A stretch of DNA of 63,591 bases, counting the filler, from Octopus bimaculoides (lineage: Eukaryota): NCBI RefSeq assembly GCF_001194135.2. It is 4 parts of 4 records of this genome, joined end to end, with 100 filler letters (N's around TTAATTAATTAA, not from the genome) between each part and the next. Parts side by side here need not be neighbours in the genome. Positions count along the whole stretch, not along the records: positions 38,644 to 61,256 come from NC_068986.1; positions 61,357 to 63,591 come from NW_026387080.1; 2 more parts are not named here. The stretch is one strand, 5' to 3'. Positions 50,446-61,790 of the stretch are shown here, piece by piece. The notes beneath the pieces were generated by a model. It was given only the letters and a program-made list of their open reading frames with translations. It was not told where the DNA came from and made no database searches. Each line of letters begins with the position of its first letter. Position 1 is the stretch's first letter. The position numbers and the translations under genes were made by a program.

Positions 50446-51731
50446 TTAGGTCATCAAGTATGAAATTTGTAGAAAAAAAAAAGGTTGCTAATGTTTTATA
50501 AATACAAGGAATCTTTTTATTCATCAAAGTATGCGCCTATATTGTCAATACACTTTTGCCATTTCAGCGGTACCTTATCCAGCTCAGAACTGTAAAAGCA
50601 TGGCAATCTAGAGTCAATAAAATCTCGGAAGGCCTGTTTTACAGCATCGTCAGAATTAAGTTTTTTTCTATCAAAAAGTTATCCAAGTTCTAGAAGAAGT
50701 GGCTGATAGTCAGTGGGGACAAAATCAGGTGAGTATGGTGGATGATGGAGAACTTCCAACTCCAACTCCTGTAGTTTTGCCAATGTCATTTTTGCGACGT
50801 GTGGTCTGGTGTTGTCTTGCAATAAAACAGGAGTGGATGTGTTGACTAATCTAGGCTGTTTTTTGTAAGTTTCTGCATCATTTGGTCCAGTTGGCTGCAG
50901 TATACTTTGGCTGTGATTAATGAGTCAGGTTTAATGAAATCATAATGGATCACACCTGCACTAGACCACCAAACACACACCATCAGTTTCTTTTGATGAA
51001 TTTTGCTTTTTGGACTGTGTTTTGGTGGCTTATCTTTGTCCAACCATTGTGCTGAATGTTTACAGTTGTGTGTATTGGATCCATTTCTCATCACATGTTA
51101 CAATTCGATTCAAAAATGATTCACTTTTGTGATGAGGAAGTAGCATAATGCAGGCTTCCAAACGTTACTGTTTCTGATTGACATTGAGTTCATGTGGAAC
51201 CCACTTATCCAACTTTTTCACTTTACCGATTTGAACTAGGTGAGTCAATATTGTTTGCTAACACCAAACAACAACAATAATTCACAGGCACTTTGAGATG
51301 GATCTGACTTGACAGTGGCTTTCAGTTTGTCATTATTCACCCTTGTTTCTGGTTGACTGCATTGCTCATTCGTAAGGTCAAAGTTGCCAGAATGAAATTT
51401 TGCAAACCAATTTGATACTGTCTGCTGTGTATAACATTAGAATGAAATACTCCATTGATATTCCAAGCTATCTGTGATGCTGTATTTCCAAGAAAGAACT
51501 CATATTCAAAACTGTACGAATTTCTGACTTATCCATCTCTAAACTAAAATAGCAAAAAAAAAAAAATGATTTATAAATACTTATAAAGTGCAAAATGAGT
51601 TTGAATAAAGAAATAGATGTGTCAGCTTTCTAGCAAAAAATAAAGATTGTCAAAATATAATAATGGCACAAAATGAGCAGCTGTCAAATTTACCATATAC
51701 CTTACTACAAATTTCATACTTGACAACCTAA
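50446..51731 (-). mobile_element. mariner DD34D (cecropia/Hsmar1-like), full-length defective (1286 bp)
   Basis: TIRs TA-TTAGGTCATCAAGTATGAAATTTGTAG and reverse complement TA-TTAGGTTGTCAAGTATGAAATTTGTAG; ATG at 51536 (MDKSEIRTV..), WLDKDKPPKH..HQKKLMVCVWWS, QDNTRPH-x-HPPYSPDFVPTDY (D-34-D). Confidence 0.93.
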
Positions 51732-52014
51732 TAGAAGACTAGAATTTATTTTGACTAATCACCTTCTTTAATAGGTCTAGAACTGATGCTGTGAGTGACA
51801 TTTAAACCAACTGATGTTTGCTTGCATCAGTCTTCAATATTTATCTTTTATGCTGTATCTCTGGACTGATGTGCTCATGAAGTACTCTTAACTCATATAC
51901 AGTACACATCCATTTTCTCTTCTTACTCTTTTCCTTCTCTTGTTCCACATTTAATAAACCTATTATTATTCTCAATTAAATGCTAAATTCAATAACAGGA
52001 ACTATTACTGCCAG

Positions 52015-52485
52015 GGCTACAGCAAATATTCTGCTCAATACCACAGATTTGCTTGTCAGTTGTTTAACCATAACTAGTTGAGCATGCCCCTTGGTGGCTG
52101 ACAATATGTGCATCTCTGATGACGAGCAGAAGTTGTGGGGAAGCATCATAGTCATGTGTTGAGGAATTCTTTGGGGTGTGAATAATTCACCTACGGAGAC
52201 ATGGGTGTTTCATTCATCATCCTTAAACAACCTGTATTCAGGGACCCTTTGAATGGGATGAGCTACTTGACCTGAAGAAAACTCTAACTGGGCCCCACCT
52301 GCAAGGTCATGCGCTGCAAGGTCACCATGTTGCGCACATATGGTTGTGGTGGATGTGCCTGACGTACCCTTATCAGATAGGTAGTCACGATGGGTATATT
52401 GGGCTTCGTATATTTGTACCCCAGTGTCACTTTGATGGCATGCACTGTTCTCTCACTCAATAATAATAATAATAATAATAATCCT
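52015..52485 (+). repeat. LINE-3'-UTR-like interspersed repeat ending in (AAT)n
   Basis: GC-richer 470-bp segment ending CTCTCACTCAATAATAATAAT. Clade not determined. Confidence 0.5.
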
Positions 52486-52665
52486 TTCTACTATAGGTAC
52501 AAGGCCTAGATTTTTATGGGGAGGGGGACAGTTAATCACATCGCTCCCAGGATGAAAGGCAAAGTCAATCTAGGCAGAATTTGAACTCAGCAGATTGCAG
52601 CAGATGAAATACTGCTAAGCATTTCACTTGGCATGCTAATGATTCTGCCAACTCACTGCCTTAAT
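52486..52665 (-). mobile_element. SINE family A, CpG-decayed
   Basis: GGATGAAAGGCAAAGTCAATC...GAATTTGAACTCAG...GATTCTGCCAACTCACTGCCTT; shares the (AAT)n tract with the preceding repeat. Confidence 0.8.
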
Positions 52666-55222
52666 AATAGTAATAATAAAATGAAAAAAAAATAATGAGA
52701 TATCTTTAAATTTTCTCAGCAGTACTTTTCCCTGCATATTTTTGGCAATTAGAAATTATTTTCAATTACTGAAAGTGAATACAGAAGAAAATAAAGCAAT
52801 ATTCTGTTATGTAAATAACATTTGTCCTACTTTTGTAATTACTGTTTTTCTCTTAATGGGGTCAGGCATGACTGTGTGATTAAAAGTTTGTTTTGCTGTG
52901 ACATGTTTTAAGGTCCAATCTCATTGCATAGCATCTTGGGGGAAAATGTCTCTTTTTACTGTAGAGTTGGATCATCCAAGTCTTGTCAATGAAATTTGGT
53001 GGACACATTATATGGAAACCTTTCAGAAGAACCATGCTTCTTCATGAGTGAATGATTTAATCCATCTGCCAGTTTAGTTCCATGACCTGGCCTTTGAGTA
53101 CCTTAAATGCAAGCATTTGTGTCAGATTTGTGGTCTTAAAGATAATGTTGTTCTATCAGTCTTTGAAGTTTGGCACTTCTTATTCAGATGAAAAGTAAAA
53201 GTGGGTGCAAAGCTAATTAAATTTTTTTTTTAATGAGACTGGTATTTTGCAAATAGATAGAACATATGAAAATTATATTGTTTAGGTGACTCCATGGAAT
53301 CAGTGAAGTTAGAATGGTGGGATGTGACCTGGGGATAAGTTTGTGATCCAGATTCATTAAAGCATCATCTAGTCCAATGTTGTAATGTTACTACTGTCTC
53401 AGTGATTCGGTCTGTAATTCTTTAGAGTTATTGTTGAATGAAAACAATTGATGCCATTGTCTGCAGTTCTGACCTGACTGCTATCAAGTATTGATCCAGC
53501 TCCTTCTCTTCCCTCTTCATTCTTTCTTTACATCCTCCTCTCACCTCTACTTCTTTTCTCCCTTTCCCTATTGTTGTTGGTTATCTTTCATGTTTTCTAT
53601 TTCCTTTTTAAAACGACATACACATATGCAGACATAATACCCTCGCAGATATGCCAGCATGGAAAGTGTGTGTAAAATTAATGATACACATGCATACACA
53701 CTCATGTACATAGACACACTCTTGTGCACACACACACACACATTCACAAGTATACCTGCATTTACATGTGCACATGCATACATTTATGTATCCACATATG
53801 TGCTCACATACACACACCTGTACCCATATAAGCACATATACATATGCATGCATGCATGCATGCATTTATGCCAGCATTGAAAGTGGACACTAAAATGATG
53901 TTAATGACACACATACAACTTCCCCAATGCACAAAAAGCAAAGCCAGTTGAAGGCAAGCTTCTGATTATTGTTGATATAAAAATCAATTAAGTGTCTATT
54001 TTGTACTTTAAATTCTAGAATTTAATTTTAGTTGAAAGTAAAATAGCAAGTTGCAGGGAATGAAGTGAAGATTTTAATTTTACTGTCAATCTTGAACTGT
54101 TTCCTCTCATGCTATTGTATGAAACAACCTTTGCTATAATGTTATTCATGTACATTTTTAGTTTTGCTAAAATTCTAACTCGACAGTAATGACATCAACA
54201 AAAGAAACCTCAATTACAAAGAGAACAAATATTAAAAAAATGTGCCAGCATGGTTTTGCGGTTAAGTTTGCATTACAATCTTGCGGTTTTAGGTTCAGTC
54301 CCATTGCACTGTACCTTGGCCACGTCTTTGGAAACTGCAGAAACTCAGCTTGTGTGTGTGTGTCTTTCTGCTTATTTCTTTGCTTAACAAGTGGTTTGTT
54401 TCTATTCCTGTAACTTAGTGGTTCAGTAAAAAGTGACTGATAGAATAAGTACTGGACTTGAAATAGATATTGGGATAACAATTCAATAAGTAAAAATAAT
54501 AGAAACAAGAATTTTGATGACCATTGGAAAAAAAAATTTCCAGTTTTCTAAAGCAGCTAAATATTTTAGGTTCTGTTAAAAGTTGAAGTGCTGAAGATAA
54601 AAAAAGACTCTACTAGAAATGTTCACATTTTTGTAACAATATCTTTTGAGAAACATTTATTGAATTTCATCCCTATCTCACTAATGTTTAAGGTGAATTT
54701 ATTAAAGATGTAGATAACATATTAAAAAAAAAAAAAAAAGATACAATATGTTTGTCATGAGGAGAGACACTTCCAAATGTTTTGGACAAATGTCCTTCTT
54801 CAGAGAGGAAGGAAAAGTATAACACAACTTGTAGAGTGATTGCTAAGAAGCAAATATAAAACAGAGGAGAGTGGGTAAATTTAATTTGCTCACCGTCACT
54901 ATCACCATCATTTATCATGAAGAAGATTAAGATCATGAGTACCTACCTATCAACTCCTACCTGCATTGCCTTTACTTTCCAATATTTTCACTATTGGTGA
55001 CCTCTTCTTTTTCTTTCTTTTCTTTTTTCTTCAAATTTTAAGCACTCGTAGATGTTTTTTGTCTTCAAACTGCAGGAACAATCTTTAAAGTTTTCCAACT
55101 CACTATATTATGGATATGTTTGTTGACGGATTATCTTTCTAGTTTTCTATTTTTCAAAGTTCTTTAAACTAAAACTTTCATTTGTTGATATTTTCATTTC
55201 CTGACCAATTCCACTTGATTTT

Positions 55223-55253
<31 letters not shown>

Positions 55254-55479
55254 GCTGTGGCCATCACACTCTGCTTTGAGCATTTCTGATCTGATTTATA
55301 GCTTTCTGTTAACATTTTAGATGAAAGGGTGACCTCTATGACTATATTTCAGATTTTTAGGGTCTTCAAAATTGGTGGAAGGAAGTAGTGAAGTTATATT
55401 ATACTAGAGATCTGGCCTAAATTATTACCAGAGAGTGGCCTTTGCTCAAGGCATCCAAGGATTGGGTGGTAATGTTTAA

Positions 55480-55697
55480 TCCTTTAGCATTGAAACCAGC
55501 CATATCTGATCCAAATATTCTACCTGTTTTATGTTCAAACTGGCCAGATGTAGCCTTTCACACCTACCCTACAATGTTATTCTTAAAGTAAACACTAATA
55601 TCATTGAAACACTGAAACTATGAGATAATACATGATTAATTCAAAACTGTGAATAAATAAGCATTACATTTGATAGAGTAATCTGAATGCTAAAGGG
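55480..55697. mobile_element. piggyBac-type MITE (218 bp)
   Basis: TTAA at 55476-79 and 55698-701; 12-bp TIR (T/C)CCTTTAGCATT ... AATGCTAAAGGG. Confidence 0.8.
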
Positions 55698-56144
55698 TTA
55701 ACCAAGTGGTGGATAAAATCTACAATTGAAGAACAAGTGAAGTTCTTCTTGTAGGATACCATATAGTTTCTATCTGTCAACTTTCACTTGTCAAGATATG
55801 ACCATTCCATCTTTTCTGAAATATTCAAGATTAATATAATTTAAGGGTGTTTTGTTTTTGTAATCATCTTGTATCCATTCTGTTAGGTGTATGAAAAGTG
55901 TGTTTATTGAATGGATTGGATTGGATCCATGTGACTAGAAAATGAGAATAAGTACATTAGGAGGATGATGGATCATGATCTGCTATAACTGGGAGCTAAA
56001 TCTCTTTCAGATTTTTGTGTCTTTGAATGTTCTGGCTAAAGTAATCATGCATATAATTTATTAAAAAATGGGTTGGTCATAGCAGGAATACTGAATGTAG
56101 TCAGTGAAATATGCTTGCATGTGGTTTATGTGAGTGTGTGTGTG

Positions 56145-56590
56145 ATCATCATCATCATCATCATCATCATCGTTTAACATCCGCTTTCCATGCTAGCATG
56201 GGTTGGACGATTTGACTGAGGACTGGTGAAACCAGATGGCTACACCAGGCTCCAATTTGATTTGGCAGAGTTTCTACAGCTGGACGCCAACCACTCAGAG
56301 AGTGCAGTGGGTGCTTTTATGTGCCACTAGCACGAAGGCCAGTCAGGCGGTACTGGCAATGGCCACGCTCAAAATGGTGCATTTTATGTGCCACCCGCAC
56401 AAGAGCCAGTCCAGCGGCACTGGCAACGATCTCGCTCGAAAATCCTTACACATGTCACGGGCACAAGTGCCAGAAAGGCGACGCTGGGCACAGGTGCTAT
56501 CCCTATTTCGCTTGCCCCAATAAGTCTTCGCATGCTGAGTTTCGTGTCCAATGAAGGAGATGACGTTGGCATGGGTGCCAGTCGTTGGGA
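56145..56590 (-). mobile_element. Young RTE-type 3' end with (GAT)n tail and ~60-bp internal repeats
   Basis: (CAT)n CGTTTAACATCCGCTTTCCATGCTAGCATGGGTTGGACG...; retains many CpGs. Confidence 0.85.
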
Positions 56591-56900
56591 CACAGTCATG
56601 ACATCAGTAATTGAGAAGCTCACTTTACAATCTTGAGGTTCTTAGTTCAATATCACTGTGTAGCATGTTGGCTAAATGTCTTTACTATAATCTGATTGAC
56701 CTAAGTCTTTTGAGTGAATTTTAGTAAATAAGAATTGTGTACAAGCCCACCGGGTGGATTGTACCTGTAGTTCAGAGATCCAGCCTTGACTTACTGCCAT
56801 GTTGATTTTACTTGAAAATTATGTTAAGGGTACATGTCTGGAATACTTAATTACCTTGAATCCTAAGTAAGTCATCTTGTTGGTTCAACAAGACCTTCAT
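56590..56900 (+). mobile_element. Old chimeric SINE: family-B head + family-D-like tail
   Basis: GTTCTTAGTTCAATATCACTGTGTAGCATGTTGG..GAGTGAATTTTAGTA head; GTACCTGTAGTTCAGAGATCCAGCCTTG..TATGTTAAGGGTACATGTCTGG resembles 46795-46885. Confidence 0.55.
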
Positions 56901-56959
56901 GTGTCAATATTAATAGGAAAGTCCATCTATACATGACCTTGTGTATGTGTTTGTATCAG

Positions 56960-57600
56960 CCAGCCTGAGACAAAATTCTGTACAGACTGTTGGAGTTTCA
57001 TGATGCAAATGACTTGATCTGCAACACTAACTTGAAGATACCAGCCATTTACCTGATCACCTATCAGTCCTGTGGAAGTACATGCTAGATTGACTGTCCT
57101 TTCTGGAAAATGGGTTATACATTCTTCACCAGTGAAAGATTTTGCATTCACAGCTGTCTATCTTGAAATAAGCTAGTGGTTTGTGACTTCAGACTTACAG
57201 CTAGAGGGACTCAGACACACAAACCAGTTTGGAAAAAGATATAGTAGCTTAAAGATCTATGAAACTGCCAGAAATTTAGAGAAGTTTTAACTGAGGCAAC
57301 TGATAAAAAGAAGGAAGAAATAGAAACATAACACAGGGGGCAACTGGAAGTACTTGTAGGACAACCTATTGAGAGTTGGACTAAATCTATGGCTAATGCA
57401 AGGTTCTGGCCAGCCTAAGGTTGATGTGGTTGTGGAACAATGAAGTGGAAAGAGCCATAAATGGGAGCAGCAGAGACTTTGATTATGTAGCTAGAAGAAA
57501 ATATATGTGACAAGCTTATTTAGCAAATGGAGAAGCAGAAAGTAAGAGATTTGCCAGTGTTCTACAATATGAGGACCAGAGACATGAGGTGTTTGTGCAA
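56960..57600 (+). pseudogene. Old RTE LINE fragment (end of endonuclease and linker)
   Basis: RLLEFHDANDLICNTN..YLITYQS; downstream WN.EVERAI and RFASV..EDQRHEVF. Confidence 0.65.
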
Positions 57601-58389
57601 CCACATAAACTCCATTATTAACTCAAAAATATATTGTGTATGTAGTTGGTTGTTCACCATATTTTAGAGTGCATGAAACCTACTTTTCAATGTAGGCTAT
57701 TTTTATGTGAGTACCTGTGTCATCTAGGTCATTGCCACTCTCTGCAAAATGTCTTTATAAAAACATATATTGCATGTCATTGTATTATACAGAGTGTTAT
57801 GTCTGAAATGTGTTACAGAAATATATAATTGCATATCATTGTGTAAAAGAAGTATCATTGTTACTTACTGGAATGTTTTGTTACATAACATAGTTACATG
57901 TGAGGCTTACATAATCAGTATTCAACCAATGAACTCATTTCATTTTGTTGAATGTCAGTCACTCAGTATAGTGTATTTGTGAATTGCTTATATGTGTCTC
58001 TGTTTTGAATTATGCATATTTGTTATTACGGTGTGTCTCCTAGTTGAAGAATTGTTACATATGTGTGTTGTAAGAGGCGAATGTTGTTATAACAAATACT
58101 GATTTTCCATTCTTTGTTGTTGTTACTGTATTTATTCTGTTTGTTGTGAATTTGTTGTTTCATTTGATGGCGTGTTAATGATATCTTTAGGTCAGCCATC
58201 TCAATAAATTTTGATGAGGACATATTTAGTCTACATTTTGGCAACATTTTTGTTAAAAAGTCTAGTGAAATAATAAAGAAATCTTTTGTTTTAAATAATG
58301 GCAATGGGTTGAAAGAAAGAAAATTCAAACAATTCTAGTAATGATGATTTTTTTTTCATTATCGTGAAAAATTGTCAACTACATAGGCA

Positions 58390-58600
58390 CTGTCATGGCT
58401 GTCTGATAAGAAGTTTGCTTCTCAACCACATGGTTCTGAGTTCAGTCACACTGTGTGGCACTTTGGTTAAGTGCCTTCTGCTATAGTGCTTTGGGCTAAC
58501 CAAAGCCTTGTGAGTGACAGAAACTGAAAGAAGCCTGTTGTGTGTATATTTGTCTCACCCATTGCAGCATGGAAGGCGGATGTTAAACGATGATGATGAG
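58390..58600 (+). mobile_element. Chimeric SINE: family-B head + short RTE tail
   Basis: CTTCTCAACCACATGGTTCTGAGTTCAGTC...GAAACTGAAAGAAGCC, then GCAGCATGGAAGGCGGATGTTAAACGATGATGATG. Confidence 0.75.
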
Positions 58601-58677
58601 GATGGTATATATATGTTATAATATATATATTATAATATAAATATTATAATATATATATTGTATTATATATATTATAG

Positions 58678-59330
58678 GCGCTGAATAACATCTCTCCTCC
58701 CCAAGCCTCACCCCACATTCCTTTCCCAGTTTTCAGAGTTGGTACTGTCAATGTAGGCACACTGAAAGGTAGGTCTAGTGAGGCTGTGGAGATGCTTGAA
58801 AGGAGACGTGTTGATGTATGCTGCATACAAGAGGTAAGATGGAGAGGAGCTTTAGCTAGGGTCCTCACAGGCAAGGTACATAGGTATAAAATCTTCTGGC
58901 AAAGTAACATGAATGGAGTAGAGGGTGCAGGCATACTCCTTGCAGAGAAATGGGTGGATAAGGTCATAGAGGTTGTCAGGGTATGCGATAGAGTGTTTAA
59001 GCTCAGGCTAGTCCTGCAGAACAGCACAGCTACAATTATCTCTGGCTACGCCCCACAAGCGGGCCTACCAAATGATCAGAAGGACCATTTTTATGATACC
59101 CGTCTACAGGCTACCTCAAAGACGAGTGGCAATGACCCCATCTTTGCAGTTGGAAATTTTAATGGGCATGTTGGATGGAAATCCGGTATCTTCACTGGTG
59201 TACATGGGGGCCATGGTATTGCTTCCTGGAACGATGAAGGAACTAGGCTACTGGAGTTCTGTGATGCATGTAACCTTTTAATCTGCAACATTAACTTCAG
59301 GAAGCAAGACAGCCACCTGATAACCTATTG
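58678..59330 (+). pseudogene. RTE-clade LINE apurinic-like endonuclease domain, 3'-truncated
   Basis: Stop-free frame of about 217 codons: RVGTVNVGTL, VDVCCIQEVRW, ISGYAPQ, VGNFNGHVG (GDFN to GNFN), RLLEFCD, SHLITY, then non-RTE sequence. Confidence 0.9.
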
Positions 59331-60927
59331 TCATCTAGGTCATTGCAACTGTTCGGAAAATATTGTTACGTAAACATATATTGCATGTCATTGTTCTGTC
59401 CAGTGTGTGCTTTATGTTTTTAAATCAGTAGGATGTGATATGAAGGAGATTTGGCTGCTATATCTGGCATGATTGAGAAACAATGTAGATGTTTCCTTGT
59501 CTTTGGTTGAAATAGTTGACACATTTACCCACCTTGCTCTCTCCACATTCAACTGTTTATCCCTTGTAGGGAATGGACAGACATTGGCAGCAGCCTGCTT
59601 CATCTCAATACCAAGTTCAGTCTAGTACTTATTTTACTGATTCCTATGTATCAAACTAAATGAAGAGACAAAAGGATCCAACACACACACACACACACAC
59701 ACTGAGCTCTTGCACAGTTTGTCAACCAAGTTCCACTGTCAAAGCATTGCATAATCAAGGCTGTTGTAGAAAATATTTATTCAAAGTTCCATGCATTGCA
59801 ATTGAACTCAGAGCCACATGGTTGGGCAGTGAATTTCTTAACCATACTATCGTTGAGTTATAACATTAGCTGAAGGTTACAAATAATAGATTAAATTAAG
59901 TATTAACTAGTGCACTGGAGAGATTTGAACTTGGAATGTAAAGATATGTAACTAAATACTGAAGGCAAAGGCAGTGAATTGGCAATTGATAGAGAAAGTG
60001 AAATAGCCTAAGTAAATAGCTTTGGATGTTACGCTTTTACTCTTTTGCGTGTTCCAGCTCAAAGGCTGTGGTCATGCTGGGGCTCTACCATTATTCAATT
60101 TGTTCTTTTTTTTCTTTTGTTATTAGGTTTAAATGCTTATTCATATTGTCAGATTAGACAGATACATACATCTACAGAAAGGAAAATCAATATGATAGAT
60201 AGATAGGTAGGTTGGTAAGTCTACAGATATACCCATAGATATACAGATAAATTGATATGTCATTAGATATACAGATAGATAAATAGTTGAATTGAAATGG
60301 AAAGAAATGAAAATCTTGATTGTTACTGATAAGTATGGTGGAAAAGTGGACATAAAAAAAAATGATGATGATATATCTATATATATGAGTAACGATTGTG
60401 AAATAAAATGAACGGCTAATAAAATTAAAGATAAATGAAATTGAAAATTTAGTGTCTTATCATAATTGAATATTCTCATTCTCTGCAGATAAGTGGGTTT
60501 TTTGTTAGTTATTCAGTTAATTGCAGGGTGAAACTGATAATGTTAAAATGCTGATGAAATATTGTGATAAAGCATAGAACTTTAAACAGCTTGAAATATC
60601 ATTACAGTAGTTCAGCTTGTTGGAAATCTTTTTTTCTCACATCAAAGTATATATAGGTTTGTGAAAATTTTACTTTTCTTCCACATGATTAGTGAGTAAT
60701 ATAACATTAATGTGGATATGTTGTTATTCCCAGAGAGAGAGAGAGTTGTGTGTGTGTATGATGTAGATAATACTTTAGTTAAGTGTTGCATTTTGTTTAT
60801 TTTGAAATGGATAAAAATTATATATAATCTGGAATCCAAAAAAAAAAAAAATTCAGTTTATTGCAGTTTAAACAGTTTAAATTTAAATTTCATTTGCAGT
60901 TAACCACCATATCTATTTCTGTGTTAA

Positions 60928-60949
60928 TCTATATATATAAAAATGAGAA

Positions 60950-60996
<47 letters not shown>

Positions 60997-61256
60997 GTGA
61001 ATCCCTAAAACTCGAGAACTACGCAACCAATTTCATTCAAATTTTACACATGCCTTATTTAGGGTTCCAGTTGTGTTTTAGTAAAAAAAAATTTTTAACT
61101 TCTTGCAGAGTTCGAGCCCACGGCAACATAATATCTCCTCCACTATTTAAGTATTACGTGTCAAAAGTGAAACAAAAACACTCAGGTCAAATACTTTCAC
61201 TTTAAAAATGAAACTATTCCACTAACTGAAACAATCACATTTCGATACTGTAATGA
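60928..61256 (+). mobile_element. Non-autonomous Helitron/DINE-1-like element, 5' part, cut by a gap
   Basis: A|TCTATATATATAAAAATGAGAAT + (GTCT)n + AACTACGCAACCAATTTCATTCAAATTT, the typical layout of such elements. Confidence 0.75.
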
Positions 61257-61356
61257 NNNNNNNNNNNNNNNNNNNNNNNNNNNNNNNNNNNNNNNNNNNN
61301 TTAATTAATTAANNNNNNNNNNNNNNNNNNNNNNNNNNNNNNNNNNNNNNNNNNNN
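61257..61356. other. Artificial 100-bp linker gap
   Basis: 44 N + TTAATTAATTAA + 44 N. Confidence 0.95.
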
Positions 61357-61375
61357 ATATATATATATATATATA

Positions 61376-61540
61376 TACGACGGGCTTCTTTCAGTTTAAG
61401 CCTACCAAATCCACTCACAAGGCTTTGGTCGGCCCGAGGCTATAGTAGAAGACAGTTGCCCGAGATGCCACGCAGTAGGACTGAACCCGAAACCATGTGG
61501 TTGGTAAGGAAGCTACTTACCACACAGCCACTGCTGCGCC
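61376..61540 (-). mobile_element. SINE family B, 5' half, CpG-intact
   Basis: ACGACGGGCTTCTTTCAG...GGTCGGCCCGAGGC...GGACTGAACCCG...CCACACAGCCAC. Confidence 0.88.
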
Positions 61541-61559
61541 TATAATATGTATGTATATG

Positions 61560-61790
61560 TATATAATTGTTAAGGAGGACAACAAACGTTAAGGCAGGAT
61601 AAACATCTCAAGTCATATACGTTATTATTATTATTACTGGAAAAATTCAAAGCCTTACAACTGTTTCTGGGATAGCCCCAAAACAGTTGTAAGACTTTGA
61701 ATTTTTCCAATAATAATAATAATAATAACGTATATGACTTGAGATGTTTGTCCTGCCTTAGCGCTTGTTGTCCTCTTTAACAATTATATA
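61560..61790. mobile_element. Palindromic hairpin element / MITE (231 bp)
   Basis: Arms 61560-61666 and 61681-61790 are near-perfect reverse complements; TATA ends; central TGGG-ATAGC-CCCA. Confidence 0.85.

Noticed and set aside
58786-59373. Host gene (such ORFs are often auto-labelled craniofacial development protein 2-like)
   Set aside because: It is an RTE LINE endonuclease, truncated before the final catalytic motifs and with GDFN mutated.
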